From Eledone cirrhosa (lineage: Eukaryota), in the NCBI GenBank assembly GCA_964016885.1, contig OZ024741.1, positions 57,908,001-57,972,000 of the forward strand: a stretch of DNA of 64,000 nucleotides. Reading direction: 5' to 3'. A model generated the notes under the pieces. The model was given only the letters and a program-made list of their open reading frames with translations. It made no database searches and had not been told where the DNA came from. The number at the start of each line of letters is the position of its first letter. Position 1 is the first letter of the stretch. A program made the position numbers and the translations under genes. Below, in pieces: positions 52,801 through 64,000 of the stretch.

Positions 52801-55800
52801 CCACAACACCACAGTTAAATTATATCTACACCACCACAACACAGTTAAACTATATCTACACCACCACAACACCACAGTTAAACTATATCTACACCACACC
52901 ACCACAGTTAAACTATATCTACACCACACCACCACAGTTAAACTGTATCTACACCACACCACCACAGTTAAACTATATCTACACCACCACAACACCACAG
53001 TTAAACTATATCTACACCACGACACCACAGTTAAACTATATCTACACCACACCACCACAGTTAAACTATATCTACACCACACCACCACAGTTAAACTATA
53101 TCTACACCACCACAACACCACAGTTAAACTATGACTACACCACAACACCACAGTTAAACTATATCTACACCACACCACCACAGTTAAACTATATCTACAC
53201 TACACCACCACAGTTAAACTATATCTACACCACAACACCGCAGTTAAACTATATCTACACCACACCACCACAGTTAAACTATAACTACAGCACAACACCA
53301 CAGTTAAACTATATCTACACCACAACAACACAGTTAAACTATATCTACACCACCACACGAACACAGTTAAACTATGACTACACCACAACACCACAGATAA
53401 CTATATCTACACCACACCACCACAGTTAAACTATATCTACACCACCACACCACCACAGTTAAACTATGACTACACCACAACACCACAGTTAAACTATAAC
53501 CACACCACAACACAACAGTTAAACTATATCTACACCACCACACCACCACAGTTAAACTATAACTACACCACCACAACACCACAGTTAAACTATATCTACA
53601 CCACACCACAACACCGCAGTTAAACTGTATCTACACCACCACACCACAGTTAAACTATATCTACACCACAACACCACAGTTAAACTATATCTACACCACA
53701 ACGCCACAGTTAAACTATATCTACACCACCACAACACCACAGTTAAACTATATCTACACCACCACACCACAGATAACTATATCTACACCACACCACCACA
53801 GTTAAACTATATCTACACCACAACACCACAGTTAAACTATATCTACACCACCACACCACAGTTAAACTATATCTACACCACCACAACACCACAGTTAAAC
53901 TATATCTACACCACCACAACACAACAGTTAAACTATATCTACACCACACCACCACAGTTAAACTATATCTTCACCACCACAACACCACAGTTAAACTATA
54001 TCTACACCAAACTACCACAGTTTAACTATATCTACACCACACCAACACAGTTAAACTATATCTACACCACACCACCACAGTTAAACTGTATCTACACCAC
54101 CACAACACCACAGTTAAACTATATCTACACCACAATACCACAGTTAAACTATATCTACACCACACCACCACAGTTAAACTGTATCTACACCACCACAACA
54201 CCACAGTTAAACTATATCTACACCACAACACCACAGTTAAACTATATCTACACCACCACAACACCACAGTTAAACTATATCTACACCACACCACCACAGT
54301 TAAACTATATCTACACCACAACACCACAGTTAAACTATATCTACACCACGCCACCACAGTTAAACTATATCTACACCACAACACCACAGTTAAACTATAT
54401 CTTCACCACCACAACACCACAGTTAAACTATATCTACACCACACCACCACAGTTAAACTATATCTACACCACACCACCACAGTTAAACTATATCTACACC
54501 ACACCACAGCAGTTAAACTATATCTACACCACACCACCACAGTTAAACTATATCTACACCACCACACCACCACAGTTAAACTATATCTACACCACAACAC
54601 CACAGTTAAACTATATCTACACCACAACACCACAGTTAAACTATATCTACACCACACCACCACAGTTAAACTATATCTACACCACCACACCACCACAGTT
54701 AAACTATATCTACACCACAACAACACCACAGTTAAGCTATATCTACACCACACCACCACAGTTAAACTATATCTACACCACAACACCACAGTGAAACTAT
54801 ATCTACACCACCACACCACAGTGAAACTATATCTACACCACCACACCACCACAGTTAAACTATATCTACACCACAACAACACCACAGTTAAACTATATCT
54901 ACACCACACCACCACAGTTAAACTATATCTACACCACACCACAACACCACAGTTAAACTATATCTACACCACAACACCACAGTTAAACTATATCTACACC
55001 ACAACACCACAGTTAAACTATATCTACACCACCACACCACAGTGAAACTATATCTACACCACACCACCACAGTTAAACTATATCTACACCACAGCACCAC
55101 AGTTAAACGATATCTACACCATCACACCACAGTTAAAATATATCTACACCACACCACCACAGTTAAACTATATCTACACCACCACAACACCACAGTTAAA
55201 CTATATCTACACCATACCACCACAGTTAAACTGTATCTACACCACCACAACACCACAGTTAAACTATATCTACACCACACCACCACTGTTAAACTATATC
55301 TACACCACACCACCACAGTTAAACTATATCTACACCACCACACCACAGTTAAACTATATCTACACCACCACAACACCACAGTTAAACTATATCTACACCA
55401 CACCACCACAGTTAAAGTAAATCTACACCACCACACCTCAGTTAAACTATATCTACACCACCACAACACCACAGTTAAACTATATCTACACCACAACACT
55501 ACAGTTAAACTATATATACACCACAACACCACAGTTAAACTATATCTACACCACAACACCACAGTTAAACTATAACTACACCACAACACCACAGTTAAAC
55601 TATAACTACACCACAACACCACAGTTAAACTATATCTACACCACACCACCACAGTTAAACTATATCTACACCACAACACTACAGTTAAACTATATCTACA
55701 CCACACCACTACAGTTAAACTATATCTACACCACACCACCACAGTTAAACTATATCTACACCACACCACCACAGTTAAACTATATCTACACCACACCACC

Positions 55801-58800
55801 ACAGTTAAACTATATCTACACCACACCACCACAGTTAAACTATATCTACACCACACCACAACACCACAGTTAAACTATATCTACACCACCACACCACAGT
55901 GAAACTATATCTACACCACCACAACACCACAGTTAAACTATATCTACACCACAACACCACAGTTAAACTATATCTACACCACACCACCACAGTTAAACTA
56001 TATCTACACCACACCACAACACCACAGTTAAACTATATCTACACCACACCACCACAGTTAAACTATATCTACACCACACCACCACAGTTAAACTATATCT
56101 ACACCACCACACCACCACAGTTAAACTATAACTACACCACCACAACACCACAGTTAAACTATATCTACACCACACCACCACAGTTAAACTATATCTACAC
56201 CACACCACCACAGTTAAACTATATCTACACCACACCACCACAGTTAAACTATATCTACACCACCACACCACCACAGTTAAACTATAACTACACCACCACA
56301 ACACCACAGTTAAACTATATCTACACCACACCACAACACCACAGTTAAACTGTATCTACACCACCACACCACAGTTAAACTATATCTACACCACAACACC
56401 ACAGTTAAACTATATCTACACCACAACGCCACAGTTAAACTATATCTACACCACCACAACACCACAGTTTAACTATATCTACACCACCACACCACAGTTA
56501 AACTATATCTACACCACACCACCACAGTTAAACTATATCTACACCACAACACCACAGTTAAACTATATCTACATCACAACACCACAGTGAAACTATATCT
56601 ACACCACCACAACACCACAGTTAAACTATATCTACACCACAACACCACAGTTAAACTATATCTACACTACACCACCACAGTTAAACTATATCTACACCAC
56701 AACACCACAGTTAAACTATATCTACACCACCACACCACCACAGTTAAACTATAACTACACCACAACACCACAGTTAAACTATAACTACACCACAACACCA
56801 CAGTTAAACTATATCTACACCACACCACCACAGTTAAACTATATCTACACCACAACACTACAGTTAAACTATATCTACACCACACCACTACAGTTAAACT
56901 ATATCTACACCACCACACCACCACAGTTAAACTATATCTACACCACAACACCACAGTTAAACTATATCTACACCACAACACCACAGTTAAACTATATCTA
57001 CACCACACCACCACAGTTAAACTATATCTACACCACCACACCACCACAGTTAAACTATATCTACACCACAACAACACCACAGTTAAGCTATATCTACACC
57101 ACACCACCACAGTTAAACTATATCTACACCACAACACCACAGTGAAACTATATCTACACCACCACACCACAACAGTTAAACTAAATCTACACCACACCAC
57201 CACAGTTAAACTATATCTACACCACACCACAACACCACAGTTAAACTATATCTACACCACAACACCACAGTTAAACTATATCTACACCACAACACCACAG
57301 TTAAACTATATCCACACCACACCACCACAGTTAAACTATATCTACACCACACCACCACAGTTAAACGATATCTACACCATCACACCACAGTTAAAATATA
57401 TCTACACCACACCACCACAGTTAAACTATATCTACACCACCACAACACCACAGTTAAACTATATCTACACCACACCACCACAGTTAAACTGTATCTACAC
57501 CACCACAACACCACAGTTAAACTATATCTACACCACACCACCACTGTTAAACTATATCTACACCACACCACCACAGTTAAACTATATCTACACCACCACA
57601 CCACAGTTAAACTATATCTACACCACCACAACACCACAGTTAAACTATATCTACACCACACCACCACAGTTAAACTAAATCTACACCACCACACCTCAGT
57701 TAAACTATATCTACACCACTACAACACCACAGTTAAACTATATATACACCACAACACCACAGTTAAACTATATCTACACCACAACACCACAGTTAAACTA
57801 TAACTACACCACAACACCACAGTTAAACTATAACTACACCACAACACCACAGTTAAACTATATCTACACCACACCACCACAGTTAAACTATATCTACACC
57901 ACAACACTACAGTTAAACTATATCTACACCACACCACTACAGTTAAACTATATCTACACCACACCACCACAGTTAAACTATATCTACACCACACCACCAC
58001 AGTTAAACTATATCTACACCACACCACCACAGGTAAACTATATCTACACCACACCACCACAGTTAAACTATATCTACACCACAACACCACAGTTAAACTA
58101 TATCTACACCACCACACCACAGTGAAACTATATCTACACCACCACAACACCACAGTTAAACTATATCTACACCACAACACCACAGTTAAACTATATCTAC
58201 ACCACACCACCACAGTTAAACTATATCTACACCACACCACCACAGTTAAACTATATCTACACCACACCACCACAGTTAAACTATATCTACACCACCACAC
58301 CACCACAGTTAAACTATAACTACACCACCACAACACCACAGTTAAACTATATCTACACCACACCACCACAGTTAAACTATATCTACACCACACCACCACA
58401 GTTAAACTATATCTACACCACAACAACACCACAGTTAAGCTATATCTACACCACACCACCACAGTTAAACTATATCTACACCACAACACCACAGTGAAAC
58501 TATATCTACACCACCACACCACAGTGAAACTATATCTACACCACCACACCACCACAGTTAAACTATATCTACACCACAACAACACCACAGTTAAACTATA
58601 TCTACACCACACCACCACAGTTAAACTATATCTACACCACACCACAACACCACAGTTAAACTATATCTACACCACAACACCACAGTTAAACTATATCTAC
58701 AGCACAACACCACAGTTAAACTATATCTACACCACCACACCACAGTGAAACTATATCTACACCACACCACCACAGTTAAACTATATCTACACCACAGCAC

Positions 58801-61800
58801 CACAGTTAAACGATATCTACACCATCACACCACAGTTAAAATATATCTACACCACACCACCACAGTTAAACTATATCTACACCACCACAACACCACAGTT
58901 AAACTATATCTACACCACACCACCACAGTTAAACTGTATCTACACCACCACAACACCACAGTTAAACTATATCTACACCACACCACCACTGTTAAACTAT
59001 ATCTACACCACACCACCACAGTTAAACTATATCTACACCACCACACCACAGTTAAACTATATCTACACCACAACACCACAGTTAAACTATATCTACACCA
59101 CAACGCCACAGTTAAACTATATCTACACCACCACAACACCACAGTTTAACTATATCTACACCACCACACCACAGTTAAACTATATCTACACCACACCACC
59201 ACAGTTAAACTATATCTACACCACAACACCACAGTTAAACTATATCTACATCACAACACCACAGTGAAACTATATCTACACCACCACAACACCACAGTTA
59301 AACTATATCTACACCACAACACCACAGTTAAACTATATCTACACTACACCACCACAGTTAAACTATATCTACACCACAACAACACCACAGTTAAGCTATA
59401 TCTACACCACACCACCACAGTTAAACTATATCTACACCACAACACCACAGTGAAACTATATCTACACCACCACACCACAACAGTTAAACTAAATCTACAC
59501 CACACCACCACAGTTAAACTATATCTACACCACACCACAACACCACAGTTAAACTATATCTACACCACAACACCACAGTTAAACTATATCTACACCACAA
59601 CACCACAGTTAAACTATATCCACACCACACCACCACAGTTAAACTATATCTACACCACACCACCACAGTTAAACGATATCTACACCATCACACCACAGTT
59701 AAAATATATCTACACCACACCACCACAGTTAAACTATATCTACACCACCACAACACCACAGTTAAACTATATCTACACCACACCACCACAGTTAAACTGT
59801 ATCTACACCACCACAACACCACAGTTAAACTATATCTACACCACACCACCACTGTTAAACTATATCTACACCACACCACCACAGTTAAACTATATCTACA
59901 CCACCACACCACAGTTAAACTATATCTACACCACCACAACACCACAGTTAAACTATATCTACACCACACCACCACAGTTAAACTAAATCTACACCACCAC
60001 ACCTCAGTTAAACTATATCTACACCACTACAACACCACAGTTAAACTATATATACACCACAACACCACAGTTAAACTATATCTACACCACAACACCACAG
60101 TTAAACTATAACTACACCACAACACCACAGTTAAACTATAACTACACCACAACACCACAGTTAAACTATATCTACACCACACCACCACAGTTAAACTATA
60201 TCTACACCACAACACTACAGTTAAACTATATCTACACCACACCACTACAGTTAAACTATATCTACACCACACCACCACAGTTAAACTATATCTACACCAC
60301 ACCACCACAGTTAAACTATATCTACACCACACCACCACAGGTAAACTATATCTACACCACACCACCACAGTTAAACTATATCTACACCACAACACCACAG
60401 TTAAACTATATCTACACCACCACACCACAGTGAAACTATATCTACACCACCACAACACCACAGTTAAACTATATCTACACCACAACACCACAGTTAAACT
60501 ATATCTACACCACACCACCACAGTTAAACTATATCTACACCACACCACCACAGTTAAACTATATCTACACCACACCACCACAGTTAAACTATATCTACAC
60601 CACCACACCACCACAGTTAAACTATAACTACACCACCACAACACCACAGTTAAACTATATCTACACCACACCACCACAGTTAAACTATATCTACACCACA
60701 CCACCACAGTTAAACTATATCTACACCACAACAACACCACAGTTAAGCTATATCTACACCACACCACCACAGTTAAACTATATCTACACCACAACACCAC
60801 AGTGAAACTATATCTACACCACCACACCACAGTGAAACTATATCTACACCACCACACCACCACAGTTAAACTATATCTACACCACAACAACACCACAGTT
60901 AAACTATATCTACACCACACCACCACAGTTAAACTATATCTACACCACACCACAACACCACAGTTAAACTATATCTACACCACAACACCACAGTTAAACT
61001 ATATCTACAGCACAACACCACAGTTAAACTATATCTACACCACCACACCACAGTGAAACTATATCTACACCACACCACCACAGTTAAACTATATCTACAC
61101 CACAGCACCACAGTTAAACGATATCTACACCATCACACCACAGTTAAAATATATCTACACCACACCACCACAGTTAAACTATATCTACACCACCACAACA
61201 CCACAGTTAAACTATATCTACACCACACCACCACAGTTAAACTGTATCTACACCACCACAACACCACAGTTAAACTATATCTACACCACACCACCACTGT
61301 TAAACTATATCTACACCACACCACCACAGTTAAACTATATCTACACCACCACACCACAGTTAAACTATATCTACACCACAACACCACAGTTAAACTATAT
61401 CTACACCACAACGCCACAGTTAAACTATATCTACACCACCACAACACCACAGTTTAACTATATCTACACCACCACACCACAGTTAAACTATATCTACACC
61501 ACACCACCACAGTTAAACTATATCTACACCACAACACCACAGTTAAACTATATCTACATCACAACACCACAGTGAAACTATATCTACACCACCACAACAC
61601 CACAGTTAAACTATATCTACACCACAACACCACAGTTAAACTATATCTACACTACACCACCACAGTTAAACTATATCTACACCACAACACCACAGTTAAA
61701 CTATATCTACACCACACCACCACAGTTAAACTATAACTACACCACAACACCACAGTTAAACTATATCTACACCACAACACCACAGTTAAACTATATCTAC

Positions 61801-64000
61801 ACCACCACACCACCACAGTTAAACTATAACTACACCACAACACCACAGTTAAACTATAACTACACCACAACACCACAGTTAAACTATATCTACACCACAC
61901 CACCACAGTTAAACTATATCTACACCACAACACTACAGTTAAACTATATCTACACCACACCACTACAGTTAAACTATATCTACACCACAACACCACAGTT
62001 AAACTATATCTACACCACAACACCACAGTTAAACTATATCTACACCACACCACCACAGTTAAACTATATCTACACCACAACAACACCACAGTTAAGCTAT
62101 ATCTACACCACACCACCACAGTTAAACTATATCTACACCACAACACCACAGTGAAACTATATCTACACCACCACACCACAGTGAAACTATATCTACACCA
62201 CCACACCACCACAGTTAAACTATATCTACACCACAACAACACCACAGTTAAACTATATCTACACCACACCACCACAGTTAAACTATATCTACACCACACC
62301 ACAACACCACAGTTAAACTATATCTACACCACAACACCACAGTTAAACTATATCTACACCACAACACCACAGTTAAACTATATCCACACCACACCACCAC
62401 AGTTAAACTATATCTACACCACACCACCACAGTTAAACGATATCTACACCATCACACCACAGTTAAAATATATCTACACCACACCACCACAGTTAAACTA
62501 TATCTACACCACCACAACACCACAGTTAAACTATATCTACACCACACCACCACAGTTAAACTGTATCTACACCACCACAACACCACAGTTAAACTATATC
62601 TACACCACACCACCACTGTTAAACTATATCTACACCACACCACCACAGTTAAACTATATCTACACCACCACACCACAGTTAAACTATATCTACACCACCA
62701 CAACACCACAGTTAAACTATATCTACACCACACCACCACAGTTAAACTAAATCTACACCACCACACCTCAGTTAAACTATATCTACACCACTACAACACC
62801 ACAGTTAAACTATATATACACCACAACACCACAGTTAAACTATATCTACACCACAACACCACAGTTAAACTATAACTACACCACAACACCACAGTTAAAC
62901 TATAACTACACCACAACACCACAGTTAAACTATATCTACACCACACCACCACAGTTAAACTATATCTACACCACAACACTACAGTTAAACTATATCTACA
63001 CCACACCACTACAGTTAAACTATATCTACACCACACCACCACAGTTAAACTATATCTACACCACACCACCACAGTTAAACTATATCTACACCACACCACC
63101 ACAGGTAAACTATATCTACACCACACCACCACAGTTAAACTATATCTACACCACAACACCACAGTTAAACTATATCTACACCACCACACCACAGTGAAAC
63201 TATATCTACACCACCACAACACCACAGTTAAACTATATCTACACCACAACACCACAGTTAAACTATATCTACACCACACCACCACAGTTAAACTATATCT
63301 ACACCACACCACCACAGTTAAACTATATCTACACCACACCACCACAGTTAAACTATATCTACACCACCACACCACCACAGTTAAACTATAACTACACCAC
63401 CACAACACCACAGTTAAACTATATCTACACCACACCACCACAGTTAAACTATATCTACACCACACCACCACAGTTAAACTATATCTACACCACAACAACA
63501 CCACAGTTAAGCTATATCTACACCACACCACCACAGTTAAACTATATCTACACCACAACACCACAGTGAAACTATATCTACACCACCACACCACAGTGAA
63601 ACTATATCTACACCACCACACCACCACAGTTAAACTATATCTACACCACAACAACACCACAGTTAAACTATATCTACACCACACCACCACAGTTAAACTA
63701 TATCTACACCACACCACAACACCACAGTTAAACTATATCTACACCACAACACCACAGTTAAACTATATCTACAGCACAACACCACAGTTAAACTATATCT
63801 ACACCACCACACCACAGTGAAACTATATCTACACCACACCACCACAGTTAAACTATATCTACACCACAGCACCACAGTTAAACGATATCTACACCATCAC
63901 ACCACAGTTAAAATATATCTACACCACACCACCACAGTTAAACTATATCTACACCACCACAACACCACAGTTAAACTATATCTACACCACACCACCACAG
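31859..64000 (+). repeat. 30-bp satellite array, over 32 kb (~1000 monomers), running off the window
   Basis: Monomer ACACCACA(C/A)CACCACAGTTAAACTATATCT, with +3 and +5 length variants in the CAC/AAC part; higher-order duplications. Confidence 0.99.

Noticed and set aside
31721-64000. Long ORFs in the satellite (TTPPQLNYIY, KLYLHHTTTV, WCRYSLTVVV repeats), including 31721-32695, which starts in unique DNA
   Set aside because: A 30-bp monomer is stop-free in several frames on both strands. 35-bp and 29-bp units shift frame freely and variants create stops, so there is no sign of coding constraint.
31859-64000. CRISPR-like look (constant core with variable spacers)
   Set aside because: Spacers are only 13-18 bp permutations of CAC/AAC rather than unique sequences; no cas genes; eukaryotic context.

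Overview
Eukaryotic, AT-rich, gene-poor DNA. Abundant (TA)n/(CA)n microsatellites and the SINE types suggest an invertebrate, probably cephalopod, genome (inference). Bases 1-31.8 kb are a graveyard of mobile elements. The main feature is four head-to-tail Tx1-type (L1 clade) non-LTR retrotransposons from two subfamilies, all on + and all inserted in one (TCTA)n microsatellite (4608-17418). One is full-length but decayed. One has a near-intact 1148-codon ORF2 and is flanked by an unusually long ~100 bp direct repeat. The region also holds a decayed RTE-clade LINE with a PHD-like finger inside its RT, several SINEs and non-autonomous elements built from that LINE's ends, hAT and Tc1-type MITEs, and Penelope-like remnants, including two tandem minimal hammerhead-ribozyme folds with a U3:A8 core variant. 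Bases ~31.86 kb to the window end are one uninterrupted 30-bp satellite (ACACCACACCACCACAGTTAAACTATATCT, with 33- and 35-bp variants) with kb-scale higher-order duplications. No intact host gene was recognised. Most ORFs in the track are repeat artefacts.
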